The notes under the pieces: generated by a model | Database searches by the model: none | Told to the model about the DNA's origin: nothing | What the model saw: the letters and a program-made list of their open reading frames with translations, nothing else | Made by a program: the position numbers and the translations under genes | NCBI GenBank assembly: GCA_043823065.1 | Contig: JBDRBB010000010.1 | Coordinates: 219,725-283,724 of the forward strand | DNA length: 64,000 nt | Direction: 5' to 3' | DNA from: Pseudomonadota bacterium | GTDB taxonomy: Bacteria; UBA10199; 2-02-FULL-44-16; DYJF01 | Part shown: positions 7,609-17,364 of the stretch, in pieces | Layout: each line of letters begins with the position of its first letter | Position numbering within the stretch: position 1 is the first letter of the stretch

Positions 7609-9284
7609 TGATTTTAAAGCTTTTAGCAGAACAGTTTTCTGGCTCAATTCAGGAAACAGGTAGTTTTCGTGGAGATGACTATGTTATAGTTATTAAAGAA
7701 AGCTTGCTGGATATCTGTTTCTTTTTACGCAATGAAGATCTGCTCAAATTTGAGATGTTGTTAGATGTGGCAGGTGCAGATTATTTGGAGCGGTTTGGGT
7801 TTTTAGAAGTTGTTTATCATTTATATTCCTTAAAATTTAAAAAACGGTTGCGCTTAAAAGTGCAACTTAAAGCAAATGAAACTATACCAAGTGTTTGCAA
7901 CATTTGGAAGGCTGCCAATTGGTTTGAGCGAGAGGCCTATGATCTATTTGGAATTAAATTTGCAGACCATCCCAATTTAAAAAGAATATTAACTTTTGAA
8001 GGATTTCAGGGACATGCCTTGCTTAAGAGCTATAAAAAAGAGATGCGCCAAGAAATTCCTGTGCCAGATGATCTTTTGGATTCCCGCCTGCGCGGGAATG
8101 ACAACATGAACGGGAATGACAAAAGATATATGTATTTAAACTTAGGACCATCTCATCCAGCCATGCATGGCTGTTTCAGGGTTTTATTGGAATTAGACGG
8201 AGAAAAAATTGTTAATGCTGTTCAAGAAATTGGTTATTTACACCGTTGTTTTGAAAAAGAGGCGGAAGCTCATACTTACACCCAAGTTATTCCCTATACT
8301 GATCGGCTTAATTATGTTTCGCCATTAATGAATAATGTTGGTTATTGTCTGAGTGTGGAAAAGTTGTTTGATCTAGATATTCCAGAGCGTGCCAAATGGA
8401 TTCGCATGCTAATTTGCGAGGTCTCGCGTATCATTGATCACCTAGTTAGTGTGGGGCCAAATTTAGTGGACGTGGGCGCCCTAACTAATTATTGGTATTT
8501 GTTTAACGCCAGGGAAATGCTTATTGATTGGGTGGAGGCATTATGTGGAGCTAGGCTCACCACCAGCTATACGCGCATTGGAGGGGTAATGCGCGATTTG
8601 CCAATTAACACATCAGCTAAATTAACTGAGTGCATCAAGCTGGTTAGGCAGGCAGTTAAAGATGTAGAAGGACTAACCAAGAAAAACAGGATCTTAATTG
8701 ATAGAACGCAAGGTGTGGGCAGCATCTCTGCTGAAGATGCCATAAGTTATGGTTTTACGGGTCCATGTTTGCGTGCTGCAGGCGTGGCCTATGATGTGCG
8801 CCTGGCTCATCCTTATTATTTTTACGATGAGCTAAATTGGGATATTCCAGTCGGGCATCAGGGCGATACTTATGATCGTATTTTTGTGCGCCTGGAAGAA
8901 ATAAAACAATCTAGCTATCTAGTAGAACAAATTTTGCAAAAAATTAAACCTGGCCCAATTATTTTAGATGATTGGCAGATTAGTTTGCCTGACAAAGCCC
9001 AGGTTTATGGCAGCATTGAAGGCATGATGGCCCATTTTAAATTAATTATGGAAGGAATTAAGCCGCCTGTTGGTGAAGTATATGCCTACACCGAAGCTGC
9101 AAATGGTGAATTGGGTTTTTATTTAGTGAGCGATGGTTCAGTCAATCCGTATCGCCTAAAGATTAGGCCGCCTTGTTTTGCAATTTATCAGGCCTATCCA
9201 GAAATGATTAAGGGCCAAATGATTGCTGATGCAGTAGCTACAATTGGCAGTTTAAATATTATTGCCGGAGAATTGGATAGATGA
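7608..9284 (+). CDS. nuoCD: Fused NADH-quinone oxidoreductase subunits C/D
   Basis: ANWFEREAYDLFG (C); NLGPSHPAMHG, GYLHR and GELDR (D). Confidence 0.93.
   Translation: MILKLLAEQFSGSIQETGSFRGDDYVIVIKESLLDICFFLRNEDLLKFEMLLDVAGADYLERFGFLEVVYHLYSLKFKKRLRLKVQLKANETIPSVCNIWKAANWFEREAYDLFGIKFADHPNLKRILTFEGFQGHALLKSYKKEMRQEIPVPDDLLDSRLRGNDNMNGNDKRYMYLNLGPSHPAMHGCFRVLLELDGEKIVNAVQEIGYLHRCFEKEAEAHTYTQVIPYTDRLNYVSPLMNNVGYCLSVEKLFDLDIPERAKWIRMLICEVSRIIDHLVSVGPNLVDVGALTNYWYLFNAREMLIDWVEALCGARLTTSYTRIGGVMRDLPINTSAKLTECIKLVRQAVKDVEGLTKKNRILIDRTQGVGSISAEDAISYGFTGPCLRAAGVAYDVRLAHPYYFYDELNWDIPVGHQGDTYDRIFVRLEEIKQSSYLVEQILQKIKPGPIILDDWQISLPDKAQVYGSIEGMMAHFKLIMEGIKPPVGEVYAYTEAANGELGFYLVSDGSVNPYRLKIRPPCFAIYQAYPEMIKGQMIADAVATIGSLNIIAGELDR
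8077..8122. repeat. Family A REP translated in frame within the NuoC-D linker
   Basis: TGGATTCCCGCCTGCGCGGGAATGACA followed by a second CGGGAATGACAA; encodes DSRLRGND..GND. Confidence 0.85.
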
Positions 9285-9286
9285 TC

Positions 9287-9432
9287 GAGTTGTGTACGTA
9301 AGCATTGTTTCGCTAAACCCAAAATTTCTTCATGCGCCAGAAATTTTGGGAGCGACCTTCGCTCGCCATGGCATCTAGCCTGCTGTGATGGCTCGCTCGG
9401 ACGCCGCTCAACAATGCTTACGTACACGACTC
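9287..9432. repeat. 146-bp element, copy 1: 102-nt conserved core plus unique 22-bp inverted arms
   Basis: Core 9309-9410 is the reverse complement of 19701-19802 (91/102, ungapped); arms 9287-9308 and 9411-9432. Confidence 0.85.
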
Positions 9433-9451
9433 TCTCAATATGGTGTATTTT

Positions 9452-9898
9452 ATGAAAAAGTTAAAAGAGTTAGTTAAAAATTACCCGTATAAACAGGCAG
9501 CTTTGCTGCCAGTGATATGGCAGGTGCAGGAACAGGAAGGATTTATCTCTGCTCAAAAAATTTCAGAAATAGCAGAGTTGTTGGAGATGTCTGCTGCTGA
9601 AGTTTTAGGCGTGGTTAGTTTTTACACCATGTTCCAAAGAAGACCAATTGGCAGATATCATGTGCAAGTGTGCACCAATCTTTGCTGCCGCTTAAAAGGA
9701 GCAGATTGGCTGCTCAAATATTTAAAACAAAAACTAGGTGTGGAAGTTGGGCAGACCAGCGGTGATGGTTTATTTCATTTATCAACTGTGGAATGTTTGG
9801 GTTCGTGCGGCACAGCGCCCATGATGATGATCAATAATGATTATTATGAAGATCTAGATGAAAAAAAGGTGGATGAGATATTGCTGAAACTAGGATAA
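9452..9898 (+). CDS. nuoE: NADH-quinone oxidoreductase subunit E
   Basis: VSFYTMF, VCTNLCC and ECLGSCGTAP motifs. Confidence 0.93.
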   Translation: MKKLKELVKNYPYKQAALLPVIWQVQEQEGFISAQKISEIAELLEMSAAEVLGVVSFYTMFQRRPIGRYHVQVCTNLCCRLKGADWLLKYLKQKLGVEVGQTSGDGLFHLSTVECLGSCGTAPMMMINNDYYEDLDEKKVDEILLKLG

Positions 9899-9905
9899 AC
9901 CAGAG

Positions 9906-9980
9906 TGTCATTGCGAGGAGCAAAGCGACGAAGCAATCCCGGATATAAACTGGATTGCGCAGCTCACGCTCGCAATGACA
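9906..9980. repeat. REP doublet, family B (TGTCATTGCGAG...AAGCAATCC / GGATTGC...CGCAATGACA)
   Basis: Inverted pair; same family at 12759 and 28276. Confidence 0.85.
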
Positions 9981-9992
9981 ATAGGGTTATAA

Positions 9993-11210
9993 ATGCAAAA
10001 AATACTTACCAAAAACTTTTCTAATCCAGATTCGCATAAACTAGAAACTGCTAAAGCTAATGGTGCATATTCAAGTTTAGAAAAATTAAAAAAGCTTAGC
10101 CCTGCTCAAGTTATTGAAGAAATAATCGCTTCTGAGCTGCGTGGTAGGGGTGGAGCTGGTTTTTTAACTGGTCAAAAATGGTCATTTGTTCCTCAAAATT
10201 CTGGCCTACCCACCTATTTAATAGTTAATGCAGATGAAGGTGAGCCAGGAACTTTTAAGGACCGGGCCATTTTGGAGAAAGATCCTCATCTTTTAATTGA
10301 AGGTATTATTATTGCAGCGCATGCAATTCAGGCCAAGACTGTGTATGTATATTTTCGAGGCGAATATTATCAGCAATGGCAAATTTTTTTAACAGCTTTG
10401 GAAGAAGCCAGACAAGATGGACTTTTATTGGATTTAATAATAATTACTCATCGTGGAGCTGGTGCTTATATTTGTGGCGAAGAAACAGCACTTCTTAATT
10501 CTTTGGAAGGCAAAAGAGGATTGCCGCGCAGTAAACCACCCTATCCAGCTAGCCAGGGTTTGTTTAATGCTCCCACAGTTGTGAATAATGTGGAAACCTT
10601 GGCCAACTTGCCCTTTATTATCAACCAGGGGGCAAAGGCTTTTACCAAAATTGGCACTAAAGAAAGCAAGGGAACCAAGCTAATTAGTGTGTGTGGCCAT
10701 ATTAATTGTCCTGGAGTTTATGAAATAGAAATGGGCTTGCCCCTAGCAACTTTTTTGGCAGAATATGCTGGGGGAACAATAGAGGAAAGGCCAATTAAAG
10801 CTGTTTTCCCAGGGGGAATTTCTTCGCCAATCTTGACTGCCCAAGAAACTTTAAGAACCAACATTTCCTATGAATCTTTGAGAGCTGCAGGCAGCATGTT
10901 AGGTTCAGGTGGGATGATTGTTATAGATGAAAGCTATTTAATGTCTGAAATATTGCATGATGTAGCTAAATTTTTTCAACACGAATCTTGTGGACAGTGT
11001 ACGCCTTGTCGGGAAGGTACTGGTTGGGTTTATAAAATTGCCCAAAAAATTAGACAGGGTTATGCTTCGAATAAAGATTTGGATTTATTACTAGAGCTGG
11101 CTGATAATATGCAGGGTAAAACAATCTGCGTGTTTGCTGATGCCCTGGCTATGCCCCTGCGTTCGTTGGTTACAAAGTTTAGGGATGAGCTTAAGATACA
11201 TATTAAATAA
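9993..11210 (+). CDS. nuoF: NADH-quinone oxidoreductase subunit F
   Basis: LRGRGGAGF, NADEGEPGTFKDR, GAGAYICGEET and ESCGQCTPCREG motifs. Confidence 0.96.
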   Translation: MQKILTKNFSNPDSHKLETAKANGAYSSLEKLKKLSPAQVIEEIIASELRGRGGAGFLTGQKWSFVPQNSGLPTYLIVNADEGEPGTFKDRAILEKDPHLLIEGIIIAAHAIQAKTVYVYFRGEYYQQWQIFLTALEEARQDGLLLDLIIITHRGAGAYICGEETALLNSLEGKRGLPRSKPPYPASQGLFNAPTVVNNVETLANLPFIINQGAKAFTKIGTKESKGTKLISVCGHINCPGVYEIEMGLPLATFLAEYAGGTIEERPIKAVFPGGISSPILTAQETLRTNISYESLRAAGSMLGSGGMIVIDESYLMSEILHDVAKFFQHESCGQCTPCREGTGWVYKIAQKIRQGYASNKDLDLLLELADNMQGKTICVFADALAMPLRSLVTKFRDELKIHIK

Positions 11211-11219
11211 TAATATTAT

Positions 11220-11358
11220 AAATATCCAAATTCTAATGACCTAAATACTAAACAATTTCTAATTACCAAAATTCAAATGTTCAAAACAAATAGTTTTGGT
11301 CATTTGAAAATGAGGATTTTGAATTTGTTTAGAATTTAGATATTAGAATTTAGGATTT
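11220..11358. repeat. AT-rich heptamer-periodic palindromic element, copy 1
   Basis: Units like AAATTCT/AATATCT on the left arm mirrored by AGAATTT/AGGATTT on the right. Confidence 0.8.
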
Positions 11359-11362
11359 CTCC

Positions 11363-12787
11363 ATGATTAAACTTGTTATAGACAATATTGTCGTTGAAAC
11401 AAATGAGGGAACCACAATATTAGAGGCAGCCAAACAGGTGGGTATTGAGATTCCGCATTTTTGCTATCATCCCAGCTTGTCTAAGCCTGCTAATTGCCGA
11501 TTGTGTGCTGTGGAAGTAAAAGGGCATGACCAACCTGTTATGTCTTGCCAACAAGAAGTTGCACCAGGCATGGAAGTGCTTACCAATTCCAGTTTGGCGC
11601 TTGATACCAGGCGGCAAGTTTTGGAATTTATTTTAATTAATCATCCTGTGGATTGCCCTGTGTGTGATCAATCAGGAGAGTGTAAGCTACAAGATTATTA
11701 TCAAGCTTATTCCTTGCAGCCTTCGCGCTTTGCAGAAAAAAAAGTAGCTAAAACCAAAGCCAGGCCAATTGGGAAACAGGTGATCTTAGATGCCGAGCGC
11801 TGCGTGGAGTGTACGCGCTGCATCAGGTTTTGCGAAGAAATTACCAAGACCAAGGAACTGGTTATCACTAAAAGAAGTGATCAATCGGAAATAGCTGTTT
11901 TTCCAGATCAGCAGCTTGATAACCCCTATTCGCTTTGTACTGTTGATTTGTGTCCAGTGGGCGCTTTAACCAGCCGGGATTTTCGTTTTCTAAAAAGAGT
12001 TTGGTTTTTAGAAACCAGGCCCAGTATTTGCGCTGCATGTGCTAATGGTTGCAACATATATGTGGATCATGCTGATGGGAAAGTGTTCAGGTTTCGTGCC
12101 AGGGAGAATCAAGATATCAACAAGTATTGGCTTTGTGATCAGGGACGCCTTTCTTATAAAAAAAATAATGCTCAGGATAGAATAACTAGGCCCTTTATCT
12201 ATATTGACCATAAACCAATTTATGTTTCTTGGCCAAAAGCGATTTCAGAAGTGATTAAATTAATTGTAGAGACAGATTCCCAAGATATGGTTGGTGTGCT
12301 TTCAGCAACAGCAACAAACGAAGAAAATCAGGCATTTTTTGAATTATATAAGGATGAGCTAAAGGTTTCTCAAATTTGTTACAGTGGTTTAGATGAAGAT
12401 TATAGTTTTGGAGATAATTTTTTGAGAAAAGCAGATCGTAATCCTAACCAAAAAGGTGTTTGGCAAATCACCAAACAACGTTTAGAAAAACCAGGCCATT
12501 ATGGATATATTATTTTAGATGGAATTAGTCCAAACGAATTAGCTAGAATTGCCCACGCTAAACCAAAATGGATGGTCTTGGTTACCACACAGCATAATTT
12601 AGATATTAGTTTTCCTAATATCGTTTTACCTAAAGCTACACATTTGGAGCAAGCAGGTAGTTTTATTAATTTTTCCGGAATTGAACAGAGATTTGAGAAA
12701 GTGCTAGAGCCTAAAGATGAAGCGCTTTCTGGAGTTGAAATAGCGAGGCTCATAGGTAGTCATTGCAAGGAACCCTTCGGCTCGTAA
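11363..12787 (+). CDS. nuoG: NADH-quinone oxidoreductase subunit G (short form)
   Basis: IPHFCYHP, NCRLCAVE, HPVDCPVCDQSGEC, RCVECTRC and CPVGAL motifs. Confidence 0.93.
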   Translation: MIKLVIDNIVVETNEGTTILEAAKQVGIEIPHFCYHPSLSKPANCRLCAVEVKGHDQPVMSCQQEVAPGMEVLTNSSLALDTRRQVLEFILINHPVDCPVCDQSGECKLQDYYQAYSLQPSRFAEKKVAKTKARPIGKQVILDAERCVECTRCIRFCEEITKTKELVITKRSDQSEIAVFPDQQLDNPYSLCTVDLCPVGALTSRDFRFLKRVWFLETRPSICAACANGCNIYVDHADGKVFRFRARENQDINKYWLCDQGRLSYKKNNAQDRITRPFIYIDHKPIYVSWPKAISEVIKLIVETDSQDMVGVLSATATNEENQAFFELYKDELKVSQICYSGLDEDYSFGDNFLRKADRNPNQKGVWQITKQRLEKPGHYGYIILDGISPNELARIAHAKPKWMVLVTTQHNLDISFPNIVLPKATHLEQAGSFINFSGIEQRFEKVLEPKDEALSGVEIARLIGSHCKEPFGS

Positions 12788-12906
12788 CCGTTCGTTCTGA
12801 GCTTGTCGAAGAATGAACGGCTCGCTCAGGGCAGGCTCCGTGACGAAGCAATCCAGTCAAGAGGCCTGGATCGCTACGTCGCCCTTGCGGCCTCCTCGCG
12901 ATGACA
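12759..12906. repeat. Nested REP composite (family B interrupted by two CTTCG/CTCAG-type units)
   Basis: GTCATTGCAAGG...GACGAAGCAATCC outer unit plus partner ending CGCGATGACA; CGGCTCG direct repeat at 12778 and 12818. Confidence 0.75.
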
Positions 12907-12927
12907 GCGCGGGGTAGAGTGAGTTTT

Positions 12928-14214
12928 ATGACAGAAGTTATTATGAATAATATATTAATCTTAATTGCTGCTGCAAAGATTGTGTTCATTTTTACCCTGG
13001 TGCTTTCTTTTGTGCCAATTTTGATCTGGCTGGAGCGCAAAGGAGCAGCCTATATTCAAGATCGACGCGGACCAAACCGGGCTTCTATCTTGGGCATTAG
13101 ATTGGGCGGGGTAATCCATTCCCTGGCTGATGCTTTAAAGCTTTTTTTCAAAGAAGAATTAATTGCTGGCCCAAGCTTTAAGCCGCTTTTTTATTTAGCG
13201 CCTATAGTTGCCTTTTTTGTGGCTACTGCAACCATGGCCATCATTCCTTTTACCGAAAACATCTTAATTAATGGCCAGAATTTTTGTCTGCAGATTGCAA
13301 ACCTAGAAGTAGGATTAATTTACGTATTTGCCCTTTCTGCCTTAGGGGTGTTTGCCACATTAATGGCTGGCTGGGCTGCTTGTGGAAAATATTCTGTACT
13401 AGGCGCTTTAAGGGCTAGTTCACAAATGATTAGTTATGAATTAGCCATGGGGTTAGCTGTGCTTTCCATTTTTTTATTAGCAGGTTCTTTAAACTTGCAA
13501 GATATTATTTCAGATCAAGGCCCTCAAGTTTGGCGCTGGAATATTGTGCGTCAACCCTTGGCTTTTATTATCTTTCTGGTTGCTCTTTTTGCCGAGACCA
13601 ACCGTTTGCCTTTTGATTTAGCTGAAGCTGAATCAGAATTGGTAGCTGGTTATCATACTGAATATTCCAGCATGAAATTCGCGCTTTTCTTTATGTCTGA
13701 ATATGCTCATATGATTATTGGTTCTTTGATTATTGCCACCTTGTTTTTAGGTGGTTGGCAAATTCCTTTTATCAGCTCTGATTTTTTATTTAAGCATGCA
13801 GATCAAATTTTGTTCAGGGGTTCTTTTTTAGTAGCAATTTTATTGGTAATTATAGGCAGCTTGCTTATGAGCAGGTTTCAGAAAATATATCAAGACTTGC
13901 GCGATTATGAGCCAGTTATTATTGGTGGATTTTTTGTTTTAATAGGTTTAGCGCTGCTGGCTGGTTGGATTATTTTGCAAAACATGGGTTTTTGGCAGAA
14001 CTTGCCAGCTTGGGCAGGAGCAGTTAGCATCTCTTTAATTCAACTTGGGGTAATGCTATTCAAAGCCTTTATATTCTGTCTGTTTTTTATTTGGGTGCGC
14101 TGGACCTTGCCCCGTTTTAGATATGACCAGTTAATGCGTTTAGGTTGGAAAATGATGATACCTTTGGGTATTGTAAATACTTTAGTAACTAGCGCAGTTA
14201 TAGTGTTTGGGTAA
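12928..14214 (+). CDS. nuoH: NADH-quinone oxidoreductase subunit H
   Basis: ERK..AYIQDRRGPN, AETNRLPFDL and RWTLPRFRYDQLM motifs; start at 12928 or 12943. Confidence 0.93.
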   Translation: MTEVIMNNILILIAAAKIVFIFTLVLSFVPILIWLERKGAAYIQDRRGPNRASILGIRLGGVIHSLADALKLFFKEELIAGPSFKPLFYLAPIVAFFVATATMAIIPFTENILINGQNFCLQIANLEVGLIYVFALSALGVFATLMAGWAACGKYSVLGALRASSQMISYELAMGLAVLSIFLLAGSLNLQDIISDQGPQVWRWNIVRQPLAFIIFLVALFAETNRLPFDLAEAESELVAGYHTEYSSMKFALFFMSEYAHMIIGSLIIATLFLGGWQIPFISSDFLFKHADQILFRGSFLVAILLVIIGSLLMSRFQKIYQDLRDYEPVIIGGFFVLIGLALLAGWIILQNMGFWQNLPAWAGAVSISLIQLGVMLFKAFIFCLFFIWVRWTLPRFRYDQLMRLGWKMMIPLGIVNTLVTSAVIVFG

Positions 14215-14217
14215 TAT

Positions 14218-14712
14218 ATGGAAGTAATCATCTTTTATACATTAGCAGCAGCAACAATAATATCAGCTCTCTTAGTAATCACCAGAGTTAATCCTTTAAT
14301 GAGCGCTTTGATGTTGGTGGCGTGTTTTTTGTTTACTGCCCTGATTTTTGCCACTTTATCTGCGCCCTTTATCGCAGTTCTCCAGGTTTTGATTTATGCA
14401 GGTGCAATTATGGTGCTTTTTATTTTTGTGATTATGTTGGTGCATTTGGATCAAAAAAGTCTCAAGCCTCGTATTATAACTTTTAGTAAGATAATTGGGG
14501 CAAGCGCTGCTCTTTATCTACTCTTGGTTTTTATTATTTCAGTTTGGGTGCCGCCATTTATTCAAGCCCCACAAGTAGGCGCAGCTTTTAGCTCTCCTGC
14601 TAGTTTGGGTCGGGAATTAATTACTAAATATATTATACCTTTTGAGATTATTTCCGTATTGCTTTTAATAGCAATGATAGGTGTTATAGTGTTAGCAAAG
14701 AAAAAAATATAA
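14218..14712 (+). CDS. nuoJ: NADH-quinone oxidoreductase subunit J
   Basis: QVLIYAGAIMVLFIFVIML and PFEIISVLLL motifs. Confidence 0.93.
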   Translation: MEVIIFYTLAAATIISALLVITRVNPLMSALMLVACFLFTALIFATLSAPFIAVLQVLIYAGAIMVLFIFVIMLVHLDQKSLKPRIITFSKIIGASAALYLLLVFIISVWVPPFIQAPQVGAAFSSPASLGRELITKYIIPFEIISVLLLIAMIGVIVLAKKKI

Positions 14713-14720
14713 ATTTGACC

Positions 14721-15026
14721 ATGGAAATAACACTTCACCACTACTTAATCTTAGCAATTGTTTTATTCACCATTGGTGTCATTGGCGTGGTAGCAAGGCG
14801 CAATGTTTTAATTATTTTTATGTCTGTAGAATTGATGCTCAATGCAGCGAATATTGTATTTTTGGCTTTTGCCCGTTGGAATTTGTTAATTTCCGGTAAA
14901 ATAATAGTATTATTTGTCCTGGGCGTGGCTGCTGCTGAAGCAGCAATTGGCCTGGCTATTGTCATGCTTATTTTTCGACAACGCCAAACTCTTTATGTAG
15001 ATGAATTTAGATTGCTCAAAGGTTGA
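14721..15026 (+). CDS. nuoK: NADH-quinone oxidoreductase subunit K
   Basis: RRN..MSVELMLN and AAAEAAIGLA motifs. Confidence 0.94.
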   Translation: MEITLHHYLILAIVLFTIGVIGVVARRNVLIIFMSVELMLNAANIVFLAFARWNLLISGKIIVLFVLGVAAAEAAIGLAIVMLIFRQRQTLYVDEFRLLKG

Positions 15027-15029
15027 TTC

Positions 15030-15296
15030 TTAAAAACCCAGATCACCAAAATCACCAAGCTGTTGCATTTTTTCTGCTGTGGCATATTGCATCTTTTTTA
15101 CAGCATCATTAATGCAATCTTTAACCGTCTTGGCTTGCTGGCCATGATCTAGTTCTGGATTAAGGGTGATATCTTCAATTTGAATATTGCCGTTGATAAT
15201 TACAGTTACTCCATTTTTCTCCACTTCCATTTTTTCCCGCTTTAATTCCTTTTGGATTTTTCTGAGTTTCTTGATCTGTTTGATTTTTCCTAACAT
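15030..15296 (-). CDS. YbaB/EbfC family nucleoid-associated protein
   Basis: AGGAGG RBS before ATG 15296; basic N-terminal helix, GVTVIING and CINDAVKK. Confidence 0.75.
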   Translation of the reverse strand: MLGKIKQIKKLRKIQKELKREKMEVEKNGVTVIINGNIQIEDITLNPELDHGQQAKTVKDCINDAVKKMQYATAEKMQQLGDFGDLGF

Positions 15297-17259
15297 GAAA
15301 TTCCTCCTTAATTTGTTCAGGATTTCTGCCAATTAACCATAAGATTGCAAATAAGACAAGTAGTCCTAATCCATATAAATAAGGTGTGGCAATGCCGTAG
15401 GCTGCAGGAATATAGCCGCAGGCCGCAGCTACAATCATACACAAAATAGCATAAGGCATTTGAGTGCGTACATGGTCAGTTAAATCACAAGCAGAGGAAA
15501 GAGAGGAGAGCACAGTGGTATCAGAAATTGGTGAACAATGATCGCCAAAGATTGCACCATCTAAAACCGCGCCCAAGGTCATAACCAGTAGCGTTGGATC
15601 TCCTTGGATAAAGGCTAGAGGTGCAACTGTGGGAATTAAAAGACCCATAGTGCCAAAGGATGTGCCAGTAGCAAAGGATACAGCAGAAGCAACCAAAAAG
15701 ATAACCAAGGGTAATAGTAAAGGCGATAAAATATCCTTGACCAAAGAAGCGATAAAAAAAGCTGTGCCTAAATCATCACAGACATTGCGAATGGCCCAGG
15801 CCAAAACCAAAATGATTGCCGCTGGCAGAATACGCCAAGCGCTGAAAAATGATTTGATAATTTCTGTAAACCCCAAGATTTTTTGGCTTAACAAAAGGAT
15901 AATTGTAACTATTGTGCCAAATATCGCTCCAAATAACATTAACTCAAAAAGTGTGTTGCCATCTCCGCCGATTCTTAAAAAGCATTCTAAAAGACCTTTG
16001 GTGCTCCAGATTGAAACAGATAGACCAGCTTCCTGAATAAGCTGTGAGCCCCGCCAAAAAATTCCCACAAACAAGAAAACCACTACACTGAGCACAGGCA
16101 TTACAGCATTGAACCAGCGGGCTGGAACCCCTGCTTTGGGGTTAGCAGCTTCAATCATAGGATCTATGACATGATCAGAATCAGGGTTTTCCACTTCACC
16201 TTTAAGAAAGGCCCTTCTTTCAGCATGTAGCATTGGACCAAAATCTCGTCTTAAAAAAGCCACCATAAACACAAACAAGATGGTGAAGATACAATAGAAT
16301 CTAAAAGGCAAAGCTTTGAGAAAAAGGGTATAGCCGCTCAAACCAATACCCATAAATTCAGACATCTTGTGCAGCTGTAATACTTCAAAACCAATCCAGG
16401 TGGAAATAATAGCCAGACCTGCCAAAGGGGCAGTGGTGGAATCTACAATATAAGCTAGCTTTTCGCGGCTAACTTTCATTTTATCAGTAAAGCTGCGCAT
16501 GGTCGTGCCCACTACGATGCAATTGGTATAGTCATCAAAAAAGATTAATAAACCCATGGTAGCTGCTGAAACGCAGGCAGTTCTAGCGCAGCGGGCAATC
16601 TTGGTAATTTGATTGATTACGCCAGCCATGCCCCCACCGCGGTTGATAATATTAACCATGCCTACCAATACAAAAACAAATCCCAGAATCATCAGGCTAA
16701 AGTCACCAAGAAAATTACCTAAAAAATAGCCAGTGGCAGCGTGCCAGGTTGCTTTGGGAATGTTAAAGTCATAGTGGATAAATGATCCTAAAAGTATGGC
16801 CAAAGAAATGGATAAAATAACTCTTCTTAAACTAATAGCTAAAATAATGGCTAAAAGCGGAGGTAAAAGTGAGGTCCAGGTGCCTAAAGCCAGGGTGCGC
16901 GATGCGCTAAATAAGCTGGCTTTTTCTTTGTTTAATTCTAATGAAACAGAAAGATTGCCTTGATCTTCCAAAACCTGGACTGATAAATTATGTTCTGCTC
17001 CAGGTTTAAAGCTGAGATTAGTTTGTTTTTGCAGTTCTTTTTGTATTATAGTTTTAAGCTCTTCCTTTCCTTGATAGTTAAATTCAACATTTGGGTTGCC
17101 AAGTTCTGCAAGTTTACTGCTTAAATCATCACTTAAACCCCGAATCATAGTGATAGAGGTAAGCTCTTGAAGGTAAGAGGTGTTTCCTTTAAGAAAAGAA
17201 CTAGCATAGAAAACTACGGCAGTAATAAGACCAGCTATGATAATTTGTTTTTTTTTCAT
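15175..17259 (-). CDS. Na+/H+ antiporter NhaC-family membrane protein
   Basis: FFDDYTN, SREKLAYIVDST, FATGTSFGT and FGDHCSPISDTT motifs. Confidence 0.88.
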   Translation of the reverse strand: MKKKQIIIAGLITAVVFYASSFLKGNTSYLQELTSITMIRGLSDDLSSKLAELGNPNVEFNYQGKEELKTIIQKELQKQTNLSFKPGAEHNLSVQVLEDQGNLSVSLELNKEKASLFSASRTLALGTWTSLLPPLLAIILAISLRRVILSISLAILLGSFIHYDFNIPKATWHAATGYFLGNFLGDFSLMILGFVFVLVGMVNIINRGGGMAGVINQITKIARCARTACVSAATMGLLIFFDDYTNCIVVGTTMRSFTDKMKVSREKLAYIVDSTTAPLAGLAIISTWIGFEVLQLHKMSEFMGIGLSGYTLFLKALPFRFYCIFTILFVFMVAFLRRDFGPMLHAERRAFLKGEVENPDSDHVIDPMIEAANPKAGVPARWFNAVMPVLSVVVFLFVGIFWRGSQLIQEAGLSVSIWSTKGLLECFLRIGGDGNTLFELMLFGAIFGTIVTIILLLSQKILGFTEIIKSFFSAWRILPAAIILVLAWAIRNVCDDLGTAFFIASLVKDILSPLLLPLVIFLVASAVSFATGTSFGTMGLLIPTVAPLAFIQGDPTLLVMTLGAVLDGAIFGDHCSPISDTTVLSSLSSACDLTDHVRTQMPYAILCMIVAAACGYIPAAYGIATPYLYGLGLLVLFAILWLIGRNPEQIKEEFHVRKNQTDQETQKNPKGIKAGKNGSGEKWSNCNYQRQYSN

Positions 17260-17364
17260 AATGCGTCTTTACATGCCTTGAAATCGCAAATTCGTCAATG
17301 CTAACTGAAGGTTGTGCTTGGATGATAAATATTGTATAAATCAAAAAAAACAAAAGGGGGAAGT

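Noticed and set aside
11220..11358. AT-rich repeats as a CRISPR array
   Set aside because: Degenerate 7-mers with mirror symmetry, no constant repeat with unique spacers, and no cas genes in the window
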